DNA of 64,000 nucleotides. Source: Haliotis rubra. Lineage: Eukaryota. The notes beneath the pieces are model-generated. The model was not told the DNA's origin, did no database searches, and saw nothing but the letters and a program-made list of their open reading frames with translations. The number at the start of each line of letters is the position of its first letter. The first letter of the stretch is position 1. Below, in pieces: positions 38,456-51,627 of this stretch. The stretch spans positions 62,001 to 126,000 of the forward strand of contig NW_025767056.1 in the NCBI RefSeq assembly GCF_003918875.1, written 5' to 3'. Both the position numbers and the translations under genes were made by a program.

Positions 38456-39728
38456 TGAAAATATAATCGGATATTAATTATTGTAATTATTAAAATTTGT
38501 TGTTTTTTTCCACTAAGTCCTTATACAATCTAAACATACGGCAAAGTTCACACTAAACATATTACACAATTCACCCACTGTCACCTGCTCATGTGATATA
38601 TTGAAGATTACTAGTTTTCGTGACAAATATCATTTTTACCTCATCAATCAAGATAGAAATTTGATATTTTCGTGATTTTGCAATGTAGACTCGTCAGTTT
38701 GATATTTTACATTTTAAAGTTTTCTCCTGGAATAAGTTTCAAAAATTTATATGACAAAGTAAATTGAATAGATTGGGTTTCAAGACACTTTTAGCAATAT
38801 TCCAGCAACATCATGGTGAGATATCTTATGAAATAGATGAAATGGACATCAACAGTCAATGAACAATATGTATGAGACATCTGAAATGAAGGCATACTTG
38901 GATATTGACATGTACATGAAACTGATAAATAAATAGTGAGTAAAATTGTTAGGGTCAGTAGGAAAATTTTGGGTCGGTTGGGAAACCGGAACCCCAAGAT
39001 TTTTTTTAGGCCTTATCTCCGATATGTTACCCTTCACAGGAAATAAATTCCCAAATTCAATGGTTGTAGTTGTTGCATTCTTGAAAGTGTTGTAGTTAAA
39101 TTTTTTTGCCCGCACTCTTAAGGTTTTTCTATTTCTTGATAATCTCATCTCTGCTTCGTTGTTGCTGTCCATTTGAATTGATGGTGTCTGTGATTTTCTT
39201 AAACATAAAGTTGTTAATATATGGATTAATATTACCTCCTTGATTTGAAAATAACAAATTTTTGTTTGGCATTCTTTAGTTGAAGGAGGGAAAATTAAAA
39301 CTTTTTGAAATTGATGAAAAAGTAATTTTTCTGTGTGCTCAAGTCGGAGGGAACAAAGGTAAAAAGGTTGCCATTAAGGCAAAGTAATTGTGTACCATTA
39401 CTCTTGAAAATGTGTATTATAAATTGAAGCAAAGCCCTTTATTGGATTCCAAAACAGAATGTATAGAATATTTCTGTAAATAAACAATCATAACAAACAA
39501 ACATAAAAGGAGGGAATTATTTTTGTTTCTTTTCAAAGTTTTCCGTGAACTTCTACCAGTACCGGTGTTATGAACATCTGCCATTTTGTTGGTAAGACTT
39601 CCGTCCGTTAATATTTACCGACACAATTTGAGGAATGGTTGACAGTTAAATGTTCAAATCACAAATCCTTGATGCCTCTGTACGCTGCCCACTCATCCGA
39701 CATTATGGTACTACCGGGTAATACATGA

Positions 39729-39894
39729 CTGACTGACTGAGTTTGGTTTTACGCCGCTTTTAGCAATATTCCAGCAATATCACGGCGGGGGACACCAGAA
39801 ATGGGCTTCACTCATTGTACCCATGTGGGGATTCGAACCCGGGTCTTCGGCGTGACGAGCCAACGCTTTAACCACTAGACTACCCCACCGCCCC
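39729..39894 (-). mobile_element. tRNA-derived SINE, family A, full length
   Basis: A-box and B-box (GGTTCGAATCCC). TSD GGTAATACATGA at 39717-39728 and 39895-39906. Confidence 0.92.
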
Positions 39895-40230
39895 GGTAAT
39901 ACATGATGTTGTATGACAGGTAGCAGTGTACCAGCGTCACTTTTTTTTAACAGGCACAAGAAAAGTATGTGTTTCTCGGCAGATACCACCGAACACCCAA
40001 ATTCCGTCCACTAATCGGCCCCGATTGTAATTCCTTATTACCAAATTTGGCCTCGTCAATTTCAACAGTCGTGCCCTGGCCCCCTGTTTTGGTACCTCCC
40101 CCAAGGTCGATATCTTCTACACAAACCTCGCGGATGTACTTAAAGTCATCGCAGATTGTTCCTGTTGATGTTATCTCACTACCTCGTGGGGAATGGAAGT
40201 TCCAGTTGCAGTTAGTTCATAAGATATTTT

Positions 40231-41207
40231 TTGGGCAAAGCGATTACATGGAAGGAGTGCTTTCCTCAAGGAAATGCTGCTTCCATCGAACCACGTTCCC
40301 TTTTGAGAGGAATCACGGTCAAGCATGTCCTGCTTGACTGTGTTGAATATTACATTACAAGGAAAATCTATTTCAAATCACGAACCATGAAGGATCTTTT
40401 TAATAATGTCAGTTCTCATTTAATTATTGCATTTTTAAAAGAATTAGATTTGTTAAATGATTTGTAAATAGATAAATGGCATTTTAAAGATGGTAGTATA
40501 AATTAGAACCACGGTCAAGCATGTCCTGCTTGACTGTGTTGAATTCTCCATCATAAGGGTTAAGTATTTCAATGTAAAAACAATGAAGGATCTTTTTACA
40601 AATGTTAATTATCATTTAATTATTGTTTTTTTTAAAGAAATTGATTTGTTTGATGAATTCTGATTAATGTATTTTGTAAATAGACATATTGGTAATTTAC
40701 ATTAGTAACTTAGATTGTTAGTGGCTGTATCCTCTAAGGGGGTTAAAGTATCGTAAAATGATTGTCCTCCTGAGAGGGTACGTAAGTCCCAAAACATTCA
40801 AAGTTAAATTTTTGCTTACCCGATTTTTGAACGTAGTATATTTGTTCCTTTAAAATTTGGCTAAACTTTTCTACAATCGCCAGCGGCTGATGGGATGGTG
40901 TAAATCCAACTAGGGCCCATGCAGGTAGCAAAGGTACTGTAAGTCCCCATGGTCCCTAGTATGGTGATGTACCTTCAGTTGTTGGCGATCTATAGCCTGT
41001 TTTTATCTTATACTGTCATAATAGTGCTATTAGTTTTAACTTTCCACACTAGTTTTAATTCTAATTGTGATATTCTAGTTGTTTTACTGTCCTTTGTCGA
41101 CAGGTTTTTATAACCTACATATATTCCATTTCAATGTCAAATCTGTTCTCGTCAGGATATGGCTAAAATATTGCCGATGTGACGATAAATATTAACTCAC
41201 TCACTCA
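40231..41207 (+). mobile_element. I-clade LINE 3' end with an internal ~190-bp duplication
   Basis: ITVKHVLLDCVE...KDLF ORF2 end is present twice (CACGGTCAAGCATGTCCTGCTTGACTGTGTTGAAT at ~40314 and ~40510). Followed by 3' UTR and CACT tail. Confidence 0.85.
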
Positions 41208-41617
41208 CCTTTCTGAGAGGAACAGTGTTTTTATTGGACTGTTTACATTTTTTTATTCCACTGAAATCGAAATTGTGGGAATCGATGAATTTACTGAGGT
41301 CTGCCTTGCAAATCTGCACCTGCTTTTCTTGGCTAGTAAAGAGTAATCCTGAAAGAAATTTCTGGCGTATTCCTCAGTGGAACTGTTAGTACACAGAGTA
41401 AAGAAATTCAATCCGACAGTTTTCTTCGTACTGGGTCCAGGTGTCTGGATAAATGGCACTGTCGTTAGTGTCGAGGTGGAGGAATAACGAGGCATTATGA
41501 TTCACATACTCAATATTTTCCGGTAATTCACTATCAGAATTAGAATCAGGGGTGATGACGAGGAGGAACTGTGATCTGGACCTTCACTTTAACTTTGTTA
41601 GGTTCTATATAACAATC

Positions 41618-41786
41618 GGAGGCGGTGAGGTAGCCTACTGGTTAAATCGCTGGCTCGTCACGCCGAAGACCGGGGTTCGAATCCCCACATGGGTACAATG
41701 TGTGAAGCCCATTTCTGGTGTCCCCCCGCCGTGATGTAGCTTGAATATTGGTAAAAGCGGCGTAAAACCAAACTCAGTCGGTCAGT
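41618..41786 (+). mobile_element. tRNA-derived SINE, family A
   Basis: A/B boxes and the shared tail. Confidence 0.88.
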
Positions 41787-42224
41787 ATTTTAGACATAGC
41801 TTATGACATGACAAACAAAACACTCTCATTCAACCTTTAATCTCGTTAAAATCGTGCACAACTTTATAATGCATGAAATGTACCAGCAACAGGGTCCATG
41901 AAGGACACGCACGAAGTTTTCCAATATACACACTCAGACCAATCAAGACCCATTCATGCTCATACTGTTGATCATTGGATCGTCTGGTCCAGACTGGATC
42001 ATTTACAGACCACCGCCATATAGCTGGAATATTGCGGAGTAAAACTCACTCGGGTTTTAGACTTAAGACAATCAGAATAAACCCTTATTGTGTCAAAAAA
42101 ATATCTAGAGATATTTTTGTTTCAAAATCATAATCATTAAACTTGATACTCATCAGCTGTAGTACATGTATGATTATTGTGTGTCATGTTAATGTAAGCA
42201 TGTATATGACGTATGTGTATAAGA

Positions 42225-42390
42225 CTGACTGACTGAGTTTGGTTTTACGCCGCTTTTACCAATATTCCAGCAATGTCACGGCGGGGGACACCAGAAATGG
42301 GCTTCACTCATTGTACCCATCTGGGGATTCGAACCCGGGTCTTCGGCGTGACGAGCCAACGCTTTAACCACTAGACTACTCCACCGCCCC
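42225..42390 (-). mobile_element. tRNA-derived SINE, family A
   Basis: TSD ATGTGTATAAGA at 42213-42224 and 42391-42402. Confidence 0.92.
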
Positions 42391-42905
42391 ATGTGTATAA
42401 GAACCAAGTTGGATATCCAACCATATCGTTGGCTTTTGATTCAAGATGACTTGACTGGGTGTACCACAATTCACCTGAATGTTATCTACGATCTATTACT
42501 TGAAAGACAGGTTGTGCAAAAGTTTGTCTATTACAAGTATGATTTCGATAGTTGTTATATTTGAACCCATTTTTCCAGATTCAAACTCGTCTGACAAATA
42601 TATTATTATATTGTATAAATATTTTTTGTCACGATATGGCTGAGATATTGCCGATGTGACGTTAAATATTAACTCACTATTACCAAAAATAAACTTAGCC
42701 AAAGTTAACAGGATAAATACAAGCCTTCCTCACACACACCTGGTAATCTGTTTAACCCCAAAAGACAGTCCTACAAAATAAAGCCTACTCTAAGCCTATA
42801 GCTTCCCCCAACCCGCTATTCATTTTCCTATCCTAGATTCTACATAACACATATACACAATAACTAAGGAAAGGAGGAAGACCTCCCGACTAACTTAACG
42901 GTCAG

Positions 42906-43356
42906 CATTGTCCTCCTGAGAGGGTACGTAAGTCCCAAAACTTTCAAAGTAAGATGTAAATTTACCACATTTTAATCGTAGTATTTTTGTTCTTTTAACT
43001 TCCGGCTAAATTTTCCTACAATCGCCAGCGGCTGAAGGGATGTTGTAAATCGCGCTAGGGTCCATGCAGGTAGCAAATGTAATGTAAGTCCCCATGGTCC
43101 CTATTATGGTGATCTACCTTCTGTTGCTGGCGATCTCTAGCCTGTTTTTCTTTTGTATTGTCCCAATTGTGCTATTAGTTTTAAACTTTCCACGCTAGTT
43201 TTAATTCTAATTGTGATATTCTAGTTGTTTTACTGTCCTTCGTCGACAGGTTTATATAATATACATATATTCCACTTCAAAATCAAATATGTTCTCGTCA
43301 CGATATGGCTGCAATATTGCCGATGTGACGTTAGATAATAACTCACTCACTCACTT
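42906..43356 (+). mobile_element. 5'-truncated I-clade LINE 3' UTR with 13-bp TSD
   Basis: TSD ACTTAACGGTCAG at 42893-42905 and 43357-43369. Confidence 0.9.
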
Positions 43357-43769
43357 ACTTAACGGTCAGGGTATCCTGAAGCAAGCGACCTCTGAGAGTG
43401 TTGCGGGCCCTTATATACCCCGTGCGCTAACCTTTAATCCTGGTCAAGTAGCTACCTTATCACCCGTCACCCATGGCAGCGCATGCCATGACCGTAAACC
43501 AACCGAAAGGGCAATTCCAACGGAATTTTACTGCCAAAACAAAGGTAAACAAGTGGAATTTTAAAAACTACAAGCAGAAATCACTTATGTAAGGTAATTT
43601 ACACTTCAAACTTACCGCTAAGTTTACATTACGAACCTGACGCCCGATAACATGATAAATAACACTTCTAAAAAAACATTTCCCTACACATATACATAAT
43701 ATGCTTGCACATAATGAAAAAAACCTTTCTTATCAAATGGTTGAATGAACGTTGTATCAAAAAGTTATT

Positions 43770-46070
43770 CTGTTGAACACTTCTTCCTTCTTTTTCTTGT
43801 GCCACAAATTCACATTTGATGGGATATCTGGATGTTTCCCTTCATCGTTCAACTCATTAAGTCCAAACATGTGACTGGTCAGTTGAAGCAAGTATGATGT
43901 GCCAACGACATCTAATACGGTTTTGAAATTCCTGTGATTAAAGGCTTGTGAGTTCCTTTAAACCAGCAAAATAAAACACAAACCAATCTATAAAAATCAA
44001 TTACATCTCGAATAAAAACAAGGTCAGTTGAACATGCATGACACATGTCGGCAGCATGAAAGTTCAATGTAGACTAGGCCTCTTGAGTGGTCGGTCTTGA
44101 AATGTCAATGTTAGCAGACAGATGAGCGTAAATCCAATGTTGTGTCATGCATCTCTTTATATACCTACTGCACAGTTTTGGAGTGTTCTGACAAAAGCTA
44201 TGCCACACCACCTTCTCAGAGCTTCCAGAATCCCACCGAAGACACCGGAATAAAAAACAAAGGAAGGTAACTCCTCAGCTTACTTTTAACAAGTGAAGAT
44301 AATAGCCTAAGTTCAATTGTGAGTTCAAATCCACATTCAGTGCTTTCAACTTTTGCGACCCATAATAAACAAAAGTTAATTAATGTGACATAATTAACAC
44401 ATCCTTATAACACATCCACAAACTGTTCATGTCCCTGGAAAGCATACGGTTTAGCGTTCATGTTCATGCATAATATGAAATGATAATTCAGCAAATTGAT
44501 ATTGTGGGTCCGAATACCGTGTTATCAATAACAGTTTTGTCTCACAGCTTTTTTTTTAAATATGGTCGTTGTTTTGCTACATTGCAAAATTATATGTAAG
44601 TAATCAAATATACCTTAAACCGCACCTTGATTTTGCCATTAACATTTGATCTTTGAGTGACTAATTTCAAATGTCCATGTGTGTCCTTGTCCATTCCCGT
44701 GACAAGCTTGAGAAACGCCCTTGCACAATTTCTGCAAGTAATTGCAAAGAAATTTCATAAACGTCATTGAAATGTTATAGAGTGATTCACACAAGGCACA
44801 CTCATTTGGTATTGTTGACATTGTTTTAAAATGTTAATTTAGAAGCTATTTGCCTATGTCTATGTAGCAAGTACATTATAAGAATGTTCCAGGCTCAATT
44901 AAATTCACAAGTATTTGGATGTTTCATTGCACGGCATTCCCATTAACCCCCATAATATTTAGCTATTTAAGAATAACGGCTATGTATTTGTGGCAATGTT
45001 ATCCCTACCTCAAGGAAATCTTGAAGGATGTGGAACATTTCCACAATGACTGGTTCGAGCTGATCAAATCTCGACTGCACAGTGTGTGTCTCTTCCTTCA
45101 AGGCTTTTACTCCCTGGAGTCTTACTCTTGACATCCGGTCGCCACCAAGAGGAACTCGTAGTCTTTCAAACTCTTAGCCTAAAATACATTAATAATGCTT
45201 AGATACATATCAAAGTAAAATCATGAAACACTTATTAACTATTATGTGTAAGCTTATGAAAATGAATTTGGTAATATTTAATATCTAATATAAAAAATGA
45301 CAATGATTTACGTAATCCCACAAATCTGATTGTTCTACCTCTGACTGCTCTGGCATACCACTGATTGATGTGCGTGACATAGGCGTCCATTATGTAGATA
45401 CAGTCAGAGTATGCTGCTTTTTTTTCAATATAAATGGCAACAGGAAAATCGATGACGCCTTTGATATCTCGACTTGTCTATCGTGTAGTACTTGGTGTTG
45501 AATGAGGCTTTTCATCCTGCTGAATGAACTTAAACTCTCTACCAATTTCCTTGCCAGCAAGATCTTCAAATTTTCCAAGTAGACAGGAAATCATCTGCAC
45601 ACTCTGATTTCATCTCTTTCTGAGGAGCTTTGTTTGATAATTCCAAAGCATCAATCCTGTCGGCAACAGAAGTCAGAAGGAAACAAATGGTAGTCTTTAC
45701 TCTTGCTGGTCATTCGAACATCGTTCGTTGTTACTCCTGGATCTAGATTATCACCATCTGGCTTCCCAGAGTGAGTTCGCATCCCGGATGGGGCTCAACT
45801 CAAAAAGTACTAGAATTTGTACTTTACTAAGAAAGTGTAATCCCAAATATAACACATGTTACATTTGACCACTTTCTTAATGGCATTGTGTAATCATTCA
45901 CTGAATTTAATTATCAGCATCAAGATGACCTGAAAAAAAATCTCTGTATGATGCTATCTTCACAGTGGGCTGAATAACTGTCCAGCAGCTGGTCCGTGGT
46001 CCTGTCGAACAGTGTCACATGGATTTTGTTTAGCACTGAGAGAAGGTGAAATATCATCGTACAAACTTTT
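43770..46070 (-). pseudogene. DUF6589-like (probably AcademH-type) transposase remnant, multi-exon
   Basis: Minus-strand blocks DGDNLD..VTTNDVRMTSKSKDYH, YLENLKILLARKL...AYSDCIYIMDAY...QWY and RVPLGGDRMSRVRLQGVKALKEDTHTVQSRFDQLEPVIVEMFHILQDFLE, with GT donors. Superfamily name is from recalled motifs. Confidence 0.6.
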
Positions 46071-47403
46071 AAATGACTAAACGATACTTTGAATTAAGAC
46101 TGGCACTTCAAACAATACGTGTTCAACCTACATACATTCAAATCTATGCTAAACGTCAAAACATATGTGACACTTTATTTGCCCCATCATCTACGCAGAA
46201 TATTAGCTCCATTCAGGTGTTCCAACTTTCAAATAGAAACAAGGCCACCAACAATATTCCGAGGAAAGAAAGAGATGCAAGAAAAATAACATTCATGTTA
46301 TCGAAGACGAGCTCCATGTGCCATGAAAAGTGCCCATCACGTAGTGAACTGAGGAAGACATATCTAGAACCATTCTATTTACAAACCCAACAAGGAACAT
46401 ACCACAAGATCTGCTAGAATCAACTAGAAAATTGTGTGAAGTTACACGCCTTTTAACAAAAACAGTCATAATTAAAGCATGCTGCCCAAACTGATTAGAA
46501 AATTTCCTTTCTTCAGGATAGTGCGCAGGAGACTGACAGACACCATCCTGAAGTGGGGCGGGCGTTCCAGAAACTAAGCGTTGAATAGCTTCATGTTAAA
46601 AATCAACCTGAGTTTGTCTGAGTTCTTCTTCGGGACCAGAAAGATTGGTGAATAAAACCCGGGGTTGATTGGTGACAGACCTAGATTGTTGGTGGCTCGC
46701 AGCATATCGATGGTCGCTCTCAGGGTTTGTGCCTGAACTGGGGGATAAGTACGCTGAATAGGGTAAAGATTTAGAGACGGGCTGCCTATGATCGATAGCT
46801 GGTAACCAGGACTTACTATCCTTGTCACAAACAGGTCGTCCAGAATCGACCAACTGTTTAGACAACCATCTCATCCCATGACGAGATATTAAGTGGACCC
46901 CAGCGGCGGACAGTGAGTGTGTAGCCAAGGAAATGTGATATCTGATCAAGAATAGTCTGAAATTGCTCTAATATGAGAGATATACATTCGCGAATGTATG
47001 CATCTTGGTCACTGAAAGGGCACAGTTGATAGAAGGCAAAGTCCGATGAATGGCAGCATCCATATGGGCTAGTTCCCTATCTTCTACCATAAAGTTTATT
47101 CACTTAGTTGGGGTGTAATAATTGATGGGTCCAGTATATCAGATAGGGGGGTCCTAACCTGCTTACTATCCTTGTCACAAACAGGTCCTCCTGAAGAAGG
47201 TACCTAAGTCCCGATACTGATCAAGAATTCTCAAAGGAAATTTAAATTTACTAGTTTTTTAAACCGTAGTATCTTTGTGATTTTAAATCATGGCTAAATG
47301 TTCCTACAATCGCCAATGGCTGAAGGGATGGTGTTAATCCAGCTTGGGTCCATGCAGGTAGCAAAGGTACTGTAAGTCCCCATGGTCCCTAGTATGGTGA
47401 TCT

Positions 47404-49717
47404 CCGTATAGGTTAGAAGACGAGGACGCGTTCTGTAACCATGGATTAAGGCGGTTAGAGCCTGAGAGGCAGAGAGGGCTCTAACCGCCTTAATCCATGG
47501 TTACAGAACGCGTCCTCGTCTTCTAACCTACTTAGAGCATGCACACAAATATTGCTTTTAATAAAATAAAAGAATAATATTTATATGGTACGCGTCTGTA
47601 ATTTAATGAATGAACTATAGTTTTTTAAGCGCAGGCAAGGTTGTGGTACGGTCGAGTTATGTCATGAACGGCACATGTGATATATTCTGCATTCTACCTA
47701 AAGGCCCGTACAGTCGCTATCGTCGTTAAATCAACGCCAATATGTCTTTACCAGTTATCGAAGGTCGTCTTGAGAAAGCGGCCCGATGCTCTTTGATTAA
47801 TCAGCTTCAGGGGTACATAGGATTTCATTCCGGGCCCCCATCAAGGATGGTTAATGAACCGAGGACGTAAAGCACGTGCTTTTCGGAAATCTCACCTTTA
47901 CAAACACATGGTCTCAGCGCACATGTCTCTTCATTACGCAGCAGGTATGAGTGGGACCAACAGCGACGATACGTTGATTCCAGCTTCACAGTGTGAGTTT
48001 TTGACAATAAGTGAAAACTCTGAAGATGATGAAATTCTATGCACAGCACTGGAAACTGTGGAGGAAAGGGATCTTCTTCAGCAACATTACAGCGATATTA
48101 GTGACGTGGAGGAAGAAGTCCACGTGAGTGAGAATGTGTTTGGCGGCGGTAGTGGGAAGCACAGTGATCATGAAAGATTTTCTGAACCGTTGTTGGATTC
48201 TGAAATTGCAGGTTTATGCGAGACAAGTGTGCCTCAAAATACCGAACAGAATTTACGTTGGGCCTGTGGTCTTTTTGAAACTTGGAGAAATTCACGTAAT
48301 CAGAGAATTTTACTAGGGGAAACATCCGGACAGCGTTTAAGTTTAATGGCTCATAAACTCAAGGATCTGAACGACGATGAACTTAATTACTCTGTGTCGT
48401 TTTGTATGAGAGGTGTGCAAAGCGATGGATCTGAATATAATCCAAAAACTCTCCGGCAGTTAGTGCTGTAATTGAACATGCATTTGACGAAGTGTGGTCG
48501 AGATTTGAAATTCCTGTCGGATAACGTTTTCCTCGAACTGCGAAATATATTGGACAGTGTAATAAAAGAAGGATCGAATGGAATTCGTACCAAAAAAGGC
48601 CAAGGTTATTTCCTATGAACAAAAGACAACTATGTGGGATATGGGCATCTTGGGAGTTTCGTAACCACAGGTTCTTTTGGATACAATGCTGTACCTCATT
48701 GGATTAAATTTTGCACTCAGAAGCGGCGATGAGCACAGGAATCTTACAGTTGACCAATTCGAAATTGACAAGGATGACACTGGAGAATTTCTTCTTTATT
48801 CTGAGAAGACTAGTAAGTGTTACCAGCGTGGACTTAAGGATTTTGGTGTTCCTCCAAAGTGTGTTCGTGCATACGCCAGTGACGATCGTAACAAGTGTGT
48901 AGTTGCGATATTCAGAAAGTACTGTAGTCTGCGTCCGACCAACTCCCGTGTCATGTATTTGCGACCACTGGTGAAGCCCAGAGATGATCAGTGGTACAGT
49001 CAGCAGGCTGTTGGAAAACACACTCTGCAGCAGACAGTTGGCAAGATGTGTAAACAAGCAGGCTTTGAAGGTAAGTTTTACCTTTTTAACTTTTCATTAA
49101 ACTTGTGAATGTGGTGGTTTTGGGTTTCACAGTATGGCGTGACCATATTTCTGATTGAGGCTGCCCTTGTACTGTAAGCGTAATTTGACAAGGCTTCTGT
49201 ATGACTGTTCAAAGGGGCGGTATTGAAAAGCGTTGAACATATAGCCATATTCCTTACTTTGTTAGACTAGCAATAATGTAAATTGTCTTTTTGCAGGTTT
49301 TTACAGCAATCACTCACTCAGAGCCACATGCGCCACTCGACTCTTTCAGTCAGGCATTGATGAACAACTAATCGCCAGAACAACGGGACATCGGAGTACC
49401 GCTGTGAGAGAGTACAAGCGAGTTAGTACAGCTCAGGAGAAAGAATCAGCAACGTGATCCAAGGTGGCGGTGAACTCCCTAAAAGACGATGAACTGCTGA
49501 CTCCAGTGTCGACGTAGCTACCACTACCATGCCTGCAGTCTCGCAAATTGTGACGGACGATCGCGTCGCGATTTCAGTGTCTGTTGTCATTAAAAAGTAA
49601 TAAAAAGTAATTATAGTCGAAATTGTTCTTTTTATTTGAGAAAGTAGTTCGGTCCGGGTTGTAACAGCCACATCGGATGGTTATAGTATGGTCGAAGACA
49701 AAGGAAGCATGCTCTAA
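47404..49717 (+). mobile_element. CryptonA-type tyrosine-recombinase DNA transposon
   Basis: No TSD. Terminal palindrome at 47409-47530. 11-bp inverted repeat TTAGAGCATGC (47532) / GCATGCTCTAA (49707). YR gene inside. Confidence 0.88.
47854..49440 (+). pseudogene. Crypton tyrosine recombinase (DUF3504/ZMYM-KCTD1-related), one intron 49071-49296, with stops and frameshifts
   Basis: VPQNT...WACGLFETWR, DGSEYNPKTL, GLNFALRSGDEHRNL (R1), WYSQQAVGKHTL, intron, then FYSNHSLRATCATRLF (HxxR) and TGHRSTAVREY (H, Y). Confidence 0.92.
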
Positions 49718-51302
49718 CTTCAGTTGTTTGGGATCTCTCGTCCATTTTTATTTTGTATTGTCCCTAATAGTCATATATTTTAAGTTAAATGCTAGTTTTA
49801 ATACCTCAAATTGTGATATTCTAGATGTTTTACTGTCCCTTGTCGACAGATTTTTTATTATTTATTGTTATCATATTAACTGTTTTAGTCACAATATGGC
49901 TGAAATATTGCCAATGTGACTATAAATTTTAACTCACTCACTCGCTCCACCATGAAGAAAGAACTGTTACGTTTGCCACACAAGGTGGAAATGTTCTCAT
50001 CCACAGGTGGAGCTGTGAAGATGGAGGTAAGACCATTCCTTTCAAAGGCATTTTAGAAGTTGTATAAATGAAGAAAAACCAAGTTTAATGGATAGTCAAT
50101 CAACTTCTTTATTGCAATGAGGTAAGACTATGCCCATGTGAAGTAGCCGGTAGAAATCTTGGTGAAGAAAGACCATCCCTAGTCCGCTTTAGAGCTTTGA
50201 AGGCCCGGTCTAATGTAGTAGCCGTCTGAAGAATACATTGACGGGGAGAAGGGTAAGGGAAGTCAGATCACTGCCCCGAAGAAAGTAGGACTAATGAAGG
50301 ACAATGAAGTTTCTCAGCAACCCATGCGAGAACAGGTTCTACCAGATCAAAACTGCCCTCGGGTGTGGAGACTTGAGAATGACCTGGAGAATGGTCATTA
50401 AAAAAACGCACCATGTGCTCAGCAGATCTAGCCGAAGAGGGAGTAGCCAGCAGTTGAGCTGAAGAAGACGGTTGGTAGTAACCGCCCTTAACATCATATC
50501 AAGATCTGGCGTGGGTTCAGTGTCCTGAGAGGGAGTCCAAGGCTCGGGTTTAATCTGAGATGACACTGAAGCCACCGGAGCAGAAGTAGATGGGCACTGC
50601 ACAGGGGAAAGTTGATCTAATGAACCAAAGCGACGCCTCGTAGGAGATGGAGACCGGCCAAGACAGATGAATTGATGATCGGGAACCAGTCATAACAGTT
50701 GGGTCAGGATGCTCTGCAGAACCAGTCAGGTGAGGGGTGCGAGAATGAGAACGATACCTAGAATGCCTAGGTGACAATGTTCCATAAGACTCCAAACGGT
50801 CAGTTGAACTAAATTGTTGATATGAGGCGAATATCTAGACGAATTGCCTCAGTGCAAAATTCCAGTGGTGGTTCGAACCGCAGAAGCATCCAGTGAACCA
50901 GTTCGGAGATGCGGTTAGGTAATGATGGATGAACTAGTTCCAGGTAACTCGGTTGTATCCGTAGAACCTGTAGGTCACAGTGAATGCGATCGACCAGACG
51001 AACTAGAACGGTGCTGATGAATCAGTTCGAGTGGCTGTAGTTCAGTAAGAATAACCACAAACTGGACGGGTGATACCGAGGTGAACTGGTTCAAGATGAC
51101 AAGTTAGTTTGGTGAAACTGTGGCGAACCGTTCAGTAATTCGGCTCAGAGGACCGAGATAGAACAGAACTGTCTGTTGAACCAGTTCGGTAATGTGGTTG
51201 AGAAGATCTTGGCGAAGTAGATCGATCTACTGAACTAGTTCGGCGAATGGGTTCTGGCAAACTAGTTCAGTGAAGTTGCGGCAAACTGGTTCAGCCTGGC
51301 CA

Positions 51303-51627
51303 GGTGAACTAGTTTGTGTAAGGTGTGGTGAACTGGGTCGGCCTGGCCTGGTGAACTAGTTTGTGTAAGGTGTGGTGAACTGGTTCGGCCTGGCCTGGTG
51401 AACTAGTTTGTGTAAGGTGTGGTGAACTGGTTCGGCCTGGCCTGGTGAAATAGTTTGTGTAAGGTGTGGTGAACTGGTTCGGCCTGGCCTGGTGAACTAG
51501 TTTGTGTAAGGTGTGGTGAACTGGTTCGACCTGGCCTGGTGAACTAGTTTGTGTAAGGTGTGGTGAACTGGTTCGGCCTGGCCTGGTGAACTAGTTTGTG
51601 TAAGGTGTGGTGAAATGGGTCGGCCTG
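51303..51627. repeat. 47-bp minisatellite, ~6.9 copies, flanked by degenerate 42-bp related units
   Basis: Unit GGTGAACTAGTTTGTGTAAGGTGTGGTGAACTGGTTCGGCCTGGCCT starts at 51303, 51350, 51397, 51444, 51491, 51538 and 51585. Confidence 0.95.

Larger units (their letters stand above)
39600..41495 (-). pseudogene. Merlin (IS1595/ISXO2-like) transposase, interrupted by a SINE and a LINE fragment
   Basis: N-terminus ...LLAKKSRCRFC...VPLRKG, then LINE insert 40231-41207, then YIREVC...GGQGTTVEIDEAKFG..RNYNRGRLVDGIWVFGGICRE...AGTLLPVIQHHVLP, then SINE, then GSTIMSDEWAAY...HLTVNHS. Confidence 0.88.
47200..49944 (+). mobile_element. I-clade LINE 3' UTR fragment split by the Crypton (pieces 47200-47403 and 49718-49944)
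   Basis: The consensus ATGGTGATCTACCTTCAGTTG is split into ...ATGGTGATCT and CTTCAGTTG... Confidence 0.85.

Noticed and set aside
38940-39014. Zator-like terminus (…GGGTCGGTTGGGAAACCGG…AGGCC TTA)
   Set aside because: No convincing matching other end.
39729-39894. tRNA genes (also 41618, 42225, 58642, 58912)
   Set aside because: tRNA-like heads continue into a SINE body and tail, and several have TSDs.
42680-43565. Possible Ngaro/DIRS terminal repeat hosting the LINE tail
   Set aside because: Only a general resemblance; no partner repeat or coding sequence in the window.
51303-51627. CRISPR-like array
   Set aside because: Head-to-tail near-identical units with no unique spacers; it is a minisatellite.
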